Positions 20,139 through 32,749 of a stretch of DNA of 64,000 bases are shown piece by piece (within the stretch, counting starts at the first letter, position 1; the number at the start of each line of letters is the position of its first letter). The notes under the pieces are model-generated. The model was given only the letters and a program-made list of their open reading frames with translations, did no database searches and had not been told where the DNA came from. Location: assembly GCA_965243135.1 (NCBI GenBank), contig OZ251539.1, positions 1,696,001 to 1,760,000 on the forward strand, read 5' to 3'. The position numbers and the translations under genes were made by a program. Source of the stretch: Alphaproteobacteria bacterium (GTDB lineage Bacteria; Pseudomonadota; Alphaproteobacteria; MPNO01; UBA830).

Positions 20139-20693
20139 TACCGAACCGACGGCAACCTCGTTTTTTCGCAGCCCGGAGCGGCGCTTCGAAAGTTAATTTT
20201 TCAGGTCATAATTGGTATACAGCCATTTGAATTCGATGATTTTCTGTCCGGTTCGAAGATCTCGTTCCGTATGCGGACTGGCTTGGTTTGAATTATGCAC
20301 GCTTCCCTTGCGCAGAGTTGTTCGACGACGCGAAGGAACGGTGCGGTTCCGAGAACGATAAAAATCGGCATTACATCAAAAAATTAGGGACAATCTCTGC
20401 GCCCGCTGGTCATCGCGTGCCCTACGCGAATCGACCCTTCGAATTTCGTAAACGAAGGTCTCGCGCGAACGGGCGAGCGCGCCGTCGCAGTCGCAGGCGG
20501 CCCCGGTCGCGCACGATTCCGGTCGTTTTTCTCGCGCGCCGGCCAATGGGCCGGCGGTCTCGAAGCGAGTCTCCTCGAGCGTTCCGGAGCCTCGCTGGAA
20601 CGCATCCGCCCGGACGCGCAAGGGCGCGCTGGAAAGTGGCGGAGGAAGCGCTTACGCTGTATAATATTGGACGCCGCAAGCTGGGAAAGATAA

Positions 20694-21419
20694 ATGCCGC
20701 TCTGGAGCAAGCGCATCGGCGGAATCAGTCCGACCGTCATGGAGGTCGTGACGTGGGATTACTATCGCATGGCGCCCGCGGAGATTGGTTTCGTCGGCAT
20801 CACCTCGAACATCGATTTCTGGGACGACAAAAACTTTGACCGGGCGCTCGATTCGCTCTCGCGGGCGGCCGACTATCTCGCGGCGCGGGCGGTCGACTTC
20901 ATCGTTCACTTCGGGACGCCGCTCGTGGTCAGCCGCGGACCTGGCTACGATGCCGAAGTCATCGGAATGATCGAAAAAGGCACGGGCGTTCCGGCGACGA
21001 CCTCGATCCGCTCGGCCATCGACGCGCTCGGTTTTCTCGGCGTGGAGCGGATAGCCGTCGCGTCGCCTTATCCGAGCGAAATCAACGACAGGGTTGAAAG
21101 CTATCTGACGGCCGCAGGTTTCTCCGTCGCCGCCTGCGCCACCATGGATGTCCGCTTTCGCGGGCTGCACGACACCGATCCGTCGTCGATCCGCGATTTC
21201 GCGATTCGCACGCTGGAGGACGCGGCCGACGCCGACGCGCTCTATATCCCCTGCCCGCAATGGCCGGCCGCCGACGCCGTCGTCGCCATCGAGGAGGAAA
21301 CGGGCAAGACGGTGGTCGCGAGCGACCCTGCCGACTTCTTCGCGGCGTTCCGCGGGGTCGGCATGACCCGGCCGATTTCCGGCTTCGGCCGCTTGTTGGA
21401 CCGCCTGGGCGCGGCGTAA
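20694..21419 (+). CDS. Asp/Glu racemase superfamily protein (arylmalonate decarboxylase/maleate isomerase-like)
   Basis: VHFGTP, GVPATTS, IAVASPY, ALYIPCPQW, IEEETGKTVVAS. Confidence 0.82.
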   Translation: MPLWSKRIGGISPTVMEVVTWDYYRMAPAEIGFVGITSNIDFWDDKNFDRALDSLSRAADYLAARAVDFIVHFGTPLVVSRGPGYDAEVIGMIEKGTGVPATTSIRSAIDALGFLGVERIAVASPYPSEINDRVESYLTAAGFSVAACATMDVRFRGLHDTDPSSIRDFAIRTLEDAADADALYIPCPQWPAADAVVAIEEETGKTVVASDPADFFAAFRGVGMTRPISGFGRLLDRLGAA

Positions 21420-21441
21420 GGCCGACCACCCCGAAGGGAAA

Positions 21442-21518
<77 letters not shown>

Positions 21519-21524
21519 ACCGGC

Positions 21525-21920
21525 TCAGGCAAGGCTATTCTTCAACATATCGCGCAAGTTTTCAAGCTCGTCGAGCGCGTTTTTTACGGCTTCGCGTTTT
21601 TCGTCGGAAAGGCTCGCGGCCGCTGCCGCCCTGCTGCGAACGTCGGCTTCGTCGTCCTCCAGAAGCTTCTGAACGCCGCGAATCGTGTATCCTTCGGTGT
21701 AAAGCAGTTCTCGAATGCCGCGCAACAGTTCGATGTCCTCCGGCCGGTAGTACCGCCGTCCGCCGTTCTGCTTCACCGGCTTGATATGCAGAAACTTTTT
21801 TTCCCAGAACCTCAATACGTGAGGCTCAAGATCAAGCTCCGCCGCCGCCTCGCTGATGGTCCGGAACGCTGTCGGAGACTTGTCGGCGCGCCGCTTTCCG
21901 GACGTCTCCGGCATCGTCAT
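21525..21920 (-). CDS. MerR-family transcriptional regulator (conserved ihfA neighbour)
   Basis: [33 protein letters not shown]. Confidence 0.92.
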   Translation of the reverse strand: MTMPETSGKRRADKSPTAFRTISEAAAELDLEPHVLRFWEKKFLHIKPVKQNGGRRYYRPEDIELLRGIRELLYTEGYTIRGVQKLLEDDEADVRSRAAAAASLSDEKREAVKNALDELENLRDMLKNSLA

Positions 21921-21947
21921 CGCCCCCTGCCCGCATCTGGCCGATCC

Positions 21948-22262
21948 TCATTCCTCGGACGGGGGCTCGGCGGCATCGTTGACTCTTTTCTTCAGCACGG
22001 TGGAGGGGCGAAACTTGAGAACCCGGCGCGGCCTGATGACCGCTCCTTCGCCCGTCCTCGGGTTGCGGCCCATTCGCTCCCCCTTTTCGCGGACGGAAAA
22101 GGTTCCGAACGAGGAAATTTTCACGCTCTCCCCGTCGACCAGGGCGTCCGCGATTTCCTCGAGCATGTCCTCGACGAGCCTGTTCGACCAATTTCGCGAC
22201 AATCCGAGTTCCTGATACACCGCTTCGCTCAGATCGGCCCGCGTAACCGTTTTTTCCTCCAT
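21948..22262 (-). CDS. ihfA: Integration host factor alpha subunit
   Basis: [27 protein letters not shown]; located after fabH. Confidence 0.93.
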   Translation of the reverse strand: MEEKTVTRADLSEAVYQELGLSRNWSNRLVEDMLEEIADALVDGESVKISSFGTFSVREKGERMGRNPRTGEGAVIRPRRVLKFRPSTVLKKRVNDAAEPPSEE

Positions 22263-22367
22263 GACGCTCCCCTGCTTCATGACCTCGGAAGGATACGCCC
22301 ACAAGGTAATTCGGTCAACGAGATACCGGCTGCGGCAAGGTCTCCCGCGAAAGCGGTCGCCCGGCGG

Positions 22368-23342
22368 TCACCATCGCAAAACGCTGGCGCCCCACGTGAA
22401 ACCGCCGCCCATCGCTTCGAGCACGACCACGTCGCCTTTTTCGATCCGGCCGTCGGACACCGCTTCGTTCAGAGCCAGCGGCACCGACGCGGCCGAAGTG
22501 TTGGCGTGGCGATCGATGGTCACGACGATATTCTCTTCCGCCAGTTTCAGCCTGCGCGCCGTCGAAGCGATGATGCGCCTGTTCGCCTGGTGCGGAACCA
22601 GCCAGTCGACGTCTTCGTGGCCGAGTCCGGCCGCGGTCAGGGCCTCGTCGATGACGTCCGACAGATTCTTGACCGCGTGCCGGAAGACTTCCCGGCCGTC
22701 CATTCTCAGATGGCCGACGGTCCGGGTCGAGGACGGGCCGCCGTCCACATACAGAAGATCGTGCAATCGCCCGTCCGAATGCAGGCAGTTCGACAGAACG
22801 CCCCGGTCGGCCGAGTCGCCCTTGCCTTCCGAGGCGCTGAACACCAGCGCCCCGGCTCCGTCTCCGAAAAGGACGCAGGTGGACCGGTCGGTCCAGTCGA
22901 GTATGCGGGAGAACGTTTCCGCGCCGATCACCAGCACGTTGCCGGCCTGCCCGAGGCGTATGAAGTTGTCCGCGAGGTTCACGGCGTAGACGAAGCCCGA
23001 GCATACGGCGTGCACGTCGAAGGCGGCGCCCCGGCTCATCCCGAGCGCGGCCTGCACGACCGTGGCGGTGGACGGAAAGGTTTCGTCCGGAGTGGCCGTG
23101 GCGAGGACGATCAGATCGATGTCGTCGGCTGCGAGTCCGGCGCCGTCGATCGCCGCCTGCGCCGCCGCGACCGCCAGATCGGAGGTCTTCTCGCCCTCTC
23201 CGGCCAGGTGCCGACGATGAATGCCCGTCCGCTGCACGATCCATTCATGCGAGGTGTCTACGCGCTGCGCAAGCTCGTGGTTGGTGACGACGCGAGCGGG
23301 CAAATGGGCGCCGCACCCCGTGACGACCGCGCGCAACGCCAT
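22368..23342 (-). CDS. fabH: Beta-ketoacyl-ACP synthase III
   Basis: [36 protein letters not shown]. Confidence 0.96.
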   Translation of the reverse strand: MALRAVVTGCGAHLPARVVTNHELAQRVDTSHEWIVQRTGIHRRHLAGEGEKTSDLAVAAAQAAIDGAGLAADDIDLIVLATATPDETFPSTATVVQAALGMSRGAAFDVHAVCSGFVYAVNLADNFIRLGQAGNVLVIGAETFSRILDWTDRSTCVLFGDGAGALVFSASEGKGDSADRGVLSNCLHSDGRLHDLLYVDGGPSSTRTVGHLRMDGREVFRHAVKNLSDVIDEALTAAGLGHEDVDWLVPHQANRRIIASTARRLKLAEENIVVTIDRHANTSAASVPLALNEAVSDGRIEKGDVVVLEAMGGGFTWGASVLRW

Positions 23343-24382
23343 CAAGAGACGGCCGCCGCGGCGGGCGTCGACCGAAAACCGCCGGACGCCTTCAGCCCCT
23401 CGGTGATCTTTTGGTTGAAGCCGTTCGCCGCCATGTCCACCGCGACTCCGATCGCGTTGGCGAAGCCGAAGGCGTCGGTTCCGCCGTGGCTCTTGACCGC
23501 GATGCCGGTCAGTCCGAGGAACATGGCGCCGTTGTATCGCCGCGGGTCCAGGCGCGCGCGCATCTTGCGCACGCCCCGGCGAGCGAGCAGATATCCGATG
23601 CGGGCGGCGAAGGAACTGCGGAACGCCTCTCCCACGAACCGCGTGATCAGTTGCGCCGCCCCTTCGGTGGTCTTGAGGGCTATGTTGCCCGTGAAGCCGT
23701 CCGATACGATCACGTCCGTCGTTCCCGCCGCGATGTCGTTGCCTTCCACGAAACCTTGGAAATTCAGCGTCAGATCGCGCAGGCAGGCGGCGGCCTCCTG
23801 GATTTCCGCGTGCCCCTTGATTTCCTCCGAGCCCACGTTCAACAGGGCGCAGGAGGGATTTACGGTTCCCAGAACGGTGCGCGCGAAGACGTCGCCCATG
23901 ATGCAGAACTGAACGAGATTCCCGGCGTCGCATTCGAGGTTCGCGCCGAGATCGAGCATCACGCTCTCGCCGCGCAGCGTCGGAAAGATCCCCGCGATCG
24001 CCGGCCTGTCGATCCCCGGCATTGTCCGCAGCGCGAGTTTCGCCATTGCCATCAGAGCGCCGGTGTTGCCTGCCGACACGATGCCGGCCGCCTGACCGTC
24101 GCGGACCGCGTTGATCGCCAGCTGCATGCTCGATGCGCGTCCCTTGCGCAGCGCGACGGAAACCTTCGTGTCGTTGCCGACGACGTCGTCGGTGTGGGTG
24201 ACCTCGGTGATCTGCGCGAGCTTTTTCCGGCGCCGGAGCAACCGCCCGATCTGCTGCTCGTCGCCGAACATGAGATAGCGGACTCCCGGAAAGCGCCGCC
24301 GTGCGAGCTCGGCGCCGCTGATCACGATTCGCGGCGCGTTGTCGCCGCCCATGGCGTCGAGGGCGATCGTCAGGGAATCCAC
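23342..24382 (-). CDS. plsX: Phosphate acyltransferase
   Basis: [34 protein letters not shown]. Confidence 0.96.
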   Translation of the reverse strand: MDSLTIALDAMGGDNAPRIVISGAELARRRFPGVRYLMFGDEQQIGRLLRRRKKLAQITEVTHTDDVVGNDTKVSVALRKGRASSMQLAINAVRDGQAAGIVSAGNTGALMAMAKLALRTMPGIDRPAIAGIFPTLRGESVMLDLGANLECDAGNLVQFCIMGDVFARTVLGTVNPSCALLNVGSEEIKGHAEIQEAAACLRDLTLNFQGFVEGNDIAAGTTDVIVSDGFTGNIALKTTEGAAQLITRFVGEAFRSSFAARIGYLLARRGVRKMRARLDPRRYNGAMFLGLTGIAVKSHGGTDAFGFANAIGVAVDMAANGFNQKITEGLKASGGFRSTPAAAAVS

Positions 24383-24409
24383 AGGGTTTCTCCGCGCGCC
24401 ACGAACGTC

Positions 24410-24592
24410 TCAGGGACCGGCAGCGTCCGTAACTTCCTCGCCGTCGTAGTAGCCGCAGGCCGCGCAAACGTGGTGCGGACGCTTGAACTCGCCGCAGGCC
24501 GGGCACTCCGAGTAAGCGTTGCTCGGAAGCGCATGGTGCGCCCTGCGCATGTTCCGTCGCGACTTCGACACCTTTTTCTTCGGTACAGCCAT
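24410..24592 (-). CDS. rpmF: 50S ribosomal protein L32
   Basis: [19 protein letters not shown], CxxC...CxxC. Confidence 0.97.
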   Translation of the reverse strand: MAVPKKKVSKSRRNMRRAHHALPSNAYSECPACGEFKRPHHVCAACGYYDGEEVTDAAGP

Positions 24593-24669
24593 AACCGTGT
24601 CATTTCGAACGTTCAGGGAAAGCCCGGAGACTGATATGCCATACCGCCGCCGGAAGCAACCTGAGGATA

Positions 24670-25170
24670 CTATAACTTCGGCTTGAGTTTCGCCAGCACG
24701 TCGAACGGACTTTCGCGCGGAGCCTCGCGGTCGGCGGATTCCGGCCGTTCGGCGTCCGGCAGCCGGGGATAGGGGTCGAGCGCGAGCGAAAGCTCTTCCG
24801 CGACCAGTTCCCCGATGTCGAGGACGTCGCCCGTCAGGGGCTCCGCATCGTCGAGGCCGACGGTCTCGTCCGGCCTTTCGCGCGTGAACGCGAGCTCCAG
24901 ACGCTCTTCCAGACGCGATTCGACCGGCGCCAGCGTCACCACGCAGGACTGCACGACGTTCGCCCGCAGGTCGCCGTCGACGCGAAGCGTTTCGCCGCGC
25001 CAGACCACCCGGAGCCGGGCCTCGAGCCTGCTCATCGACACGAGGTCGAATCGAGCCGCGAGCGCCGCGCGTTCGTCTTCTCCGGCGGACAGATCGTAGA
25101 TGCGGCCGCCGTTCGGCAGATCGGCCAGATCGACGATTCGGGAAAACTCGGGCGCGGGCCGGTCAATCAT
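24670..25170 (-). CDS. YceD/DUF177 family protein
   Basis: [29 protein letters not shown]; upstream of rpmF. Confidence 0.9.
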   Translation of the reverse strand: MIDRPAPEFSRIVDLADLPNGGRIYDLSAGEDERAALAARFDLVSMSRLEARLRVVWRGETLRVDGDLRANVVQSCVVTLAPVESRLEERLELAFTRERPDETVGLDDAEPLTGDVLDIGELVAEELSLALDPYPRLPDAERPESADREAPRESPFDVLAKLKPKL

Positions 25171-25708
25171 CGGCAACGCGCTGGAACCGCAATTTCGCGG
25201 ACAGGATGTCGTCGGCCCGCAGGCCGGAAAGATGCGCGTCCTGCTTCCGGACGTAGCGGGCCAGCGCTTCCGCGCGATCCCGCTCCGGAGCGGCGGTGCC
25301 GAACGCGTTTCGCGCCAGCGCGTCCGTCAGGGCGCCGCCGCCCTTGGCGAGGGCGTCGTCGTAGGAAGCGATTCGGCCATAGAACGCCTGAACCATCGTC
25401 TTGACCCGCTTCCCCACCCCCATGTCGCCGGCGCCCATTTCCCGAAGCGCGACGTCCATGTCGTCGAACATCGCGTCGAACAGCGCCTGGGCGAAACCGG
25501 GCGCCCGTCCGCCTTCCCCCTTGAGGCGGCGCAGCACTAGATGAACATGCAGGGCGACCATTTCGAAACGGCCGTCGACGGTGTCGGGCACGCCGAAATC
25601 CCGATAGAATTCGGGCGTTCGCGCCTGTTCCACGATCTTCGCGTAGACGGACCGGGCGCTCCCGCCGGACGACCGCCCTAACAGGGCCGAAACGAAGCCG
25701 ATTGACAT
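25163..25708 (-). CDS. Ubiquinol-cytochrome c chaperone (Cbp3-like)
   Basis: VPDTVDGRFEM, MDVALREMGAGDMGVGKR, AFYGR. Confidence 0.9.
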   Translation of the reverse strand: MSIGFVSALLGRSSGGSARSVYAKIVEQARTPEFYRDFGVPDTVDGRFEMVALHVHLVLRRLKGEGGRAPGFAQALFDAMFDDMDVALREMGAGDMGVGKRVKTMVQAFYGRIASYDDALAKGGGALTDALARNAFGTAAPERDRAEALARYVRKQDAHLSGLRADDILSAKLRFQRVADD

Positions 25709-25762
25709 GATCGACGCGGGGAGTCAATTTCCGGCATCGGAATTCCGGCGGCGGGAAGCGGC

Positions 25763-26245
25763 ATGAAGACTTCGACACGATGGGCGCGGCAATGGCCGCT
25801 GATAGCGATCGCGGCGGCGCTCGGCGCCTGCTCTCCCACACTCGACATCCACGGCAACATTCCGAAACCGGAGATCGTGGAAGGGATTGCCGTCGGCGAA
25901 ACCACCAGAGACCAGGTTTCCGGGATGCTCGGCACGCCGTCGGCCGTCGCCACGTTCGACCAGGACGCCTGGTATTACGTCGGCAAGCGCACCAGCCGCG
26001 TCGCTTTCCTCGAGCCCGAGATACTGGAGCGCCAGGTGCTGGTGATTCGCTTCGACGAGAACGGCGTCGTCAGGCAGGTCGAAAAGCTCGACAAGGAAGA
26101 CGGGCGCGCCGTGGCCATCGTCGCCCGCGCGACGCCGACGCGCGGGCGCGAACTCACGATCATCGAGCAACTGATCGGCAACATCGGGCGCTTCGGCGGC
26201 GGCGGGACCGGAGCCGGGCCCGGCTCCGCGCCGGGCGGAGGTTGA
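25763..26245 (+). CDS. bamE: Outer membrane assembly lipoprotein BamE
   Basis: Lipobox LGAC, LGTPS, WYYV, QLIGNIGRF. Confidence 0.9.
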   Translation: MKTSTRWARQWPLIAIAAALGACSPTLDIHGNIPKPEIVEGIAVGETTRDQVSGMLGTPSAVATFDQDAWYYVGKRTSRVAFLEPEILERQVLVIRFDENGVVRQVEKLDKEDGRAVAIVARATPTRGRELTIIEQLIGNIGRFGGGGTGAGPGSAPGGG

Positions 26246-26261
26246 CGACGGCGGCACGTTC

Positions 26262-28370
<2,109 letters not shown>

Positions 28371-28476
28371 TGGCTGGATTCCTCGTTTGTCGGGGAGAAC
28401 TGCGGAGGGCGGGTTTCCCTTCCCGCGTGAAGCGCGCGAAAAATGCCAGAAGACTCGGGATCGGGCAAGCGGGCGA

Positions 28477-29670
28477 TCAGGCCGTCTGCCGCGCCGCCCT
28501 CCATGCCGCGAGGCGAAGCCAAAGCGTCGCCGCGAGCACGACGATCACCAAAGGCGCCATGACGAGATTAACGGCTTCCCATCCGACCGTGTGCTGCACA
28601 GCGCCCGCCGCTACGGCGCCGACCGAGATCGTTCCCCAGATGATGAAATCGTTCAATCCCTGCACCTTCGCCTTCTCCTCGGGCGTGTAGGTTTCGGTGA
28701 CCAGCGCCGTGCCGCCGGTGAACAGGAAGTTCCAGCCGACGCCGAGCAGCAGCAGAGCCGACACGAAGTTGAGGAACTCCACGCCGGCGAGATTTATCGC
28801 GATGCACGCGAGGGTCAGAAGCGCGCCGGCGATCAGCACGTTGTGGACGCCGTAGCTCGAGATCAAATGGCCGGTGAAGAAGGCCGGCGCGTACATGCCG
28901 AGAACGTGGACCTGGATGACGTACGACGAATCCGAGAACGTGAAGCCGCAAACGCTCATGGCGATGGGCGTCACCGTCATCAGGAACGACATGACCAGAT
29001 AGCCGAACGTCGCGGCGCAGACCGCGATGAGGAACTTGGGCTGCCGCGCGATCTCCCAAAGCGGCCTGCCGCCGCTCTTGCGCCGCTGTCCCTCCGGGCG
29101 CGGGATGTCGATGAAGCTGACGACGCAGGCCACCAGCAGATAGACGGCGATCAGCGAGAGGTAGACGCCCGCGAACTGCGCCGGAAGCAGTTCCGCAGTG
29201 TTGCGGGCGAGCATCGGGCCGAGGAAGGCCGCCGCGACGCTGCCCGCCAGGACGTAGGATATGGCCTTGCTGCGAAACGCCTCGGTCGCGGTGTCGGCGG
29301 CCGCGAACCGGAAATAATGGGAGAAGCCGTTGAAGCTGCCCGTGAGCATCGACGCGATGCAGAACAGCGCGAAATCCCCTCTGACGATCGCCCAGGCGCC
29401 GACTGCGCCGCCCGCGGCTCCAATGACGGAACCGGTCACGAAGCCGGTTCTGCGGCCGACGCGCCCCATGTAGAGCGACGCGGGAATCGTGGTCAGGGCC
29501 ATCGCCACGAATTGCAAGGCGAGCGGCAACGTCACCAGAGCCTTGTCCTCGACGAGAAGAATGCCGCCGATGATCGGGGCCGTGGCGATGATCGCCGACG
29601 TCGAGGTCATGAAGAGCGCCTGACAGACGGCGAGGAGCAGGACGTTCCTGCGAACGGAAGAAGCGATCAT
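28477..29670 (-). CDS. MFS transporter
   Basis: [28 protein letters not shown]; multi-TM. Confidence 0.88.
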   Translation of the reverse strand: MIASSVRRNVLLLAVCQALFMTSTSAIIATAPIIGGILLVEDKALVTLPLALQFVAMALTTIPASLYMGRVGRRTGFVTGSVIGAAGGAVGAWAIVRGDFALFCIASMLTGSFNGFSHYFRFAAADTATEAFRSKAISYVLAGSVAAAFLGPMLARNTAELLPAQFAGVYLSLIAVYLLVACVVSFIDIPRPEGQRRKSGGRPLWEIARQPKFLIAVCAATFGYLVMSFLMTVTPIAMSVCGFTFSDSSYVIQVHVLGMYAPAFFTGHLISSYGVHNVLIAGALLTLACIAINLAGVEFLNFVSALLLLGVGWNFLFTGGTALVTETYTPEEKAKVQGLNDFIIWGTISVGAVAAGAVQHTVGWEAVNLVMAPLVIVVLAATLWLRLAAWRAARQTA

Positions 29671-29881
29671 GATGCCGCAACATACGCCACGCCGTGCGGA
29701 CGGAAAACCCGCCGTGCGGAAAGCCGGCGCATTCGATCACGCGGGGTTCCCGTCCGCTCCTTCGACGGAGACCCCTTTCCCATTCCGGTAAACGACGCCG
29801 GCGAATCGCGTAGGCCTGACGAAATTCAGCGTAGAAATCTGGAAATTCGACATAGAGTTGGCGCGGGACGCTCCTGCGGAC

Positions 29882-30184
29882 TTAGCAATGGGAAGTCGAA
29901 AAGGCCGTGTACTCGCCTTCCTTGAGGTCGGACTTGGAGATGAAGTGAACCTGCGGCCAACCAGGGGAGTCTTCCGCCTCCCATATTTTGTCGACGAGAT
30001 CCGAGATCACGGCCAGTATGCCCTCGCCGCCCAATTGCTCGACCTCGCCATCGTAGATGATCCTTACGTCCACCAAAGGTTCGTCGTAATGGTCGAAACC
30101 AGGCTTGACGCTGATTCTAACAATGTCGCTGAAGCGGGCCTTGAAAGCCGTCTCAGCAATCTCGCGGACTTCTTGGTTGTTCAT
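29882..30184 (-). CDS. Small acidic hypothetical protein (100 aa), partner of the upstream HEPN-like gene
   Basis: MNNQEVREIA...DHYDEPLVDVRIIYDG...WPQVHFIS; RBS GGAGG; ATG overlaps the upstream stop. Confidence 0.7.
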   Translation of the reverse strand: MNNQEVREIAETAFKARFSDIVRISVKPGFDHYDEPLVDVRIIYDGEVEQLGGEGILAVISDLVDKIWEAEDSPGWPQVHFISKSDLKEGEYTAFSTSHC

Positions 30185-30660
30185 GTCGGACCTCCTGCCC
30201 GTTGCCGGAACAGTACGTGCGCTGCGAAACCGCGTCTGGCAGCAATGTCCGCCTGCTCGAAATGGCGGATGGCCAATTCCGCGGAAGCGATGTGCCCCAG
30301 AACGTCGGACTTCTGGTATGCGTCCGTATCCAGTGCGTAGTCCGCCTGCTGCCGCTCGGTCTGCAACATGACGAACGCTTTGGCGAAGTTGCGGATTTCC
30401 GTGGGAAACTCCTGCATTGCCTTCCCTTGCAGGCATGCGTTTCTGGCCCTGCCGTGCTCCAATGCGCGGTACGCCCGGTGCCACGCCGGGGTGCGTGCGG
30501 CCCCGATGAACAGGTCGGCCGCCGACGCAGCCAAGGTATGGAACATCGCGTGCAGTACTGACGGCGCGGCGCAGCCGCGCCTGCGTGGGTGCCGCGTCAA
30601 CGGTTTCCGCAAGGGCGCGTGCGGCTTCCGTCGGGTGAATTCGCGAGGTGGAATCTCCAA
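30181..30660 (-). pseudogene. HEPN-like domain protein, frameshifted
   Basis: Frame A ...EAARALAE..PTQARLRRAVSTA joins frame B AMFHTLA...RALEHG...RQQADY near 30550, where the usual YY is missing. Confidence 0.7.
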
Positions 30661-30770
30661 GGGCTGGTTTCTGGCTGTTCCGCATTTTGCCGCGCACTGC
30701 TGCCGTTTCAACATATCCCGCGCCGCCCGGAAGGAAAACATGCGTGCTCCCGGGCAGAAAGCCGTCGCGT

Positions 30771-31736
30771 TCAGAAGTGTCGGTAGCCAGCGCGCTCGAT
30801 TGCGAGAGGGCTCCCGTCGGCATCTTCGACGGAGACACCTTCTCCGTTCTGGTGGACGACTCCGATCCGACGAATTGCGACGTCGGCATGCCGCGCCGCG
30901 GCGGCCGCTGCCTCTTCGCGATCTGGCGGAATGCAGAAAACCAGTTCGTAATCGTCGCCGCCCGCGAGCAGGGCCGCAAGGTCGGCCTCTCCGTTCCTGA
31001 TGAGTTCGAGGGCATGGGCCGACAGCGGGACGGACGCGGCGCCGACGGTCGCTGCGACGCCGGAGGCGGCGCAGATGTGGCCGAGATCGGCGATCAGGCC
31101 ATCCGAAACGTCGGCCATCGCCGACGCGACCCCACGAAGGCTCCTGCCGAGCGCGACGCGCGGTTCCGGCAGCTGAAAACGCTTCGCCAACTCCGTTTGT
31201 CCTCGGCGGAGCGCCTCCAGGCCAAGGGTCGCGTCGCCGATCGTGCCCGAAACCATGACGAGATCGCCGGCCGCCGCCCCGCTTCTCGTCACCGCCGCTC
31301 CGGAAGGAACATGTCCCATCGCGGTGGCGGACATCGTCAGGGAACCCGGGGTTCGAGTCAGGTCGCCCCCCAGCAGGACGACGCCGAACCGTTCCTGATC
31401 GCTTCGCAGGCCGCCGGCAAAGCCCTCCAGCCACGAGCCGTCGATGCCGTCCGGCAACGTCAGGTTGAGAAAATAGGCGTCGGGCGTCGCTCCCATGGCC
31501 GCCAGATCGGACAGGTTGACCCTGAGAAGCCGCCGGGCCAGCGTGTCGGGCGTTTCGTCCGCCAGAAAATGAACGCCGGAGACCATCGTGTCGGTGGTGA
31601 CGACCGTATCCTGCCGTTGCCGCTGAGGCAGAACCGCGGCGTCGTCGGCGAACGCCAGAGACCGCGGATCGTTCCTGCCGAGAGGCGCGAGAATTTCCGC
31701 GATTATCGCGAACTCGTCCCGCGTTTCACTCTTCAC
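30771..31736 (-). CDS. thiL: Thiamine-monophosphate kinase
   Basis: DDAAV, GVHF, NLSDLAAMGA, DVSDGL, GGDDYEL. Confidence 0.95.
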   Translation of the reverse strand: MKSETRDEFAIIAEILAPLGRNDPRSLAFADDAAVLPQRQRQDTVVTTDTMVSGVHFLADETPDTLARRLLRVNLSDLAAMGATPDAYFLNLTLPDGIDGSWLEGFAGGLRSDQERFGVVLLGGDLTRTPGSLTMSATAMGHVPSGAAVTRSGAAAGDLVMVSGTIGDATLGLEALRRGQTELAKRFQLPEPRVALGRSLRGVASAMADVSDGLIADLGHICAASGVAATVGAASVPLSAHALELIRNGEADLAALLAGGDDYELVFCIPPDREEAAAAAARHADVAIRRIGVVHQNGEGVSVEDADGSPLAIERAGYRHF

Positions 31737-32220
31737 GGGCTTCCGCCGCTTCGAACTCCCCCGGCCGCATTCCTTGCGCGAGGCGATCGAGCACGCCGTT
31801 CACCATTCCGGGTTCGGGGCCGTCGAAAAACGCATGCGCGACATCCACGTATTCGTTGATGATCACCCGCGCCGGCGTCTCCGGCCGTTCGCCGAGTTCG
31901 TGGACGGCGGCGCGCAGAATCGCCCGCAAGACGTAAGCGAGCCGCTCCGGAGTCCAGCCGCCCGCGAGCGACGGGCGCAGAACGTCGTCGAGTTCGCGTT
32001 CGTGCGCCGCGACCCCCCGGACGAGTTCGACGAACAGGTCGACGTCCGGGGCGACGTCGTTTCCGGTGTCGAAGCTTCCGCCAAGCCGGTGCTGCCGGAA
32101 CTCTTCCTCCACGCGACCTGGAGCGGCGCCCGAATGGTCGATCTGATACAACGCCTGGACGGCCGCCAGGCGCGCGGCGCTGCGACGCGCGACCTTGCCT
32201 CGTGCGCGCCTTCCCGTCAT
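31726..32220 (-). CDS. nusB: Transcription antitermination factor NusB
   Basis: ARLAAVQALYQ, VIINEYVDVA, VNGVLD. Confidence 0.95.
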   Translation of the reverse strand: MTGRRARGKVARRSAARLAAVQALYQIDHSGAAPGRVEEEFRQHRLGGSFDTGNDVAPDVDLFVELVRGVAAHERELDDVLRPSLAGGWTPERLAYVLRAILRAAVHELGERPETPARVIINEYVDVAHAFFDGPEPGMVNGVLDRLAQGMRPGEFEAAEAREE

Positions 32221-32226
32221 TGAAAT

Positions 32227-32745
32227 TCAGCCATTGGGAAATTTAGCCGTCAGCCGACGCTTGATCTCGATCATGGCAAGGCATGCGCGAGCCGCGGCCC
32301 CTGCCCTGTCGTGCCGGTCGCGGCTGGCCCGGGCCAGCGCCTGCTCCTTGTTCTCCGCGGTGATGACGCCGTAGCCCAGCGCGACGCCGTAGCGCAGGAC
32401 GAGATCGTTGAGGCCGCGCGCGGACTCCTGGCATACGTAATCGTAGTGAGTGGTTTCGCCGCGGATGACGCAGCCCAGCGCGATATAGCCGTGGTATCCA
32501 TCCAACAGCCCCACTTGGGTGTCGTTGCTCGCTTTAGCGTAGTCGTCCTGGTAGTCGATCGCGTACAGGTTCTCTTGGGCGCCGATCGCCATCCGGATCG
32601 CGCCCGGAAGTTCGAACGCGCCGGGCACCCGGAAACATTCGTAGGTCGCGCCTGCATCGTCGAGTTCCGCTTTCACGCTTTCCATCATCAGATCCGCGAT
32701 GTCTTCGTAGAACCGCGCCTCGACGATCATTATGCGGGATGTCAC
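32227..32745 (-). CDS. ribH: 6,7-dimethyl-8-ribityllumazine synthase
   Basis: ARFY, VPGAFELP, LGCVIRGETTHYDYV. Confidence 0.94.
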   Translation of the reverse strand: MTSRIMIVEARFYEDIADLMMESVKAELDDAGATYECFRVPGAFELPGAIRMAIGAQENLYAIDYQDDYAKASNDTQVGLLDGYHGYIALGCVIRGETTHYDYVCQESARGLNDLVLRYGVALGYGVITAENKEQALARASRDRHDRAGAAARACLAMIEIKRRLTAKFPNG

Positions 32746-32749
32746 GATG

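Noticed and set aside
20140-20690. 550-bp intergenic region as an ncRNA or gene
   Set aside because: It shows only small hairpins and motif-less ORFs; nothing is supportable by eye.
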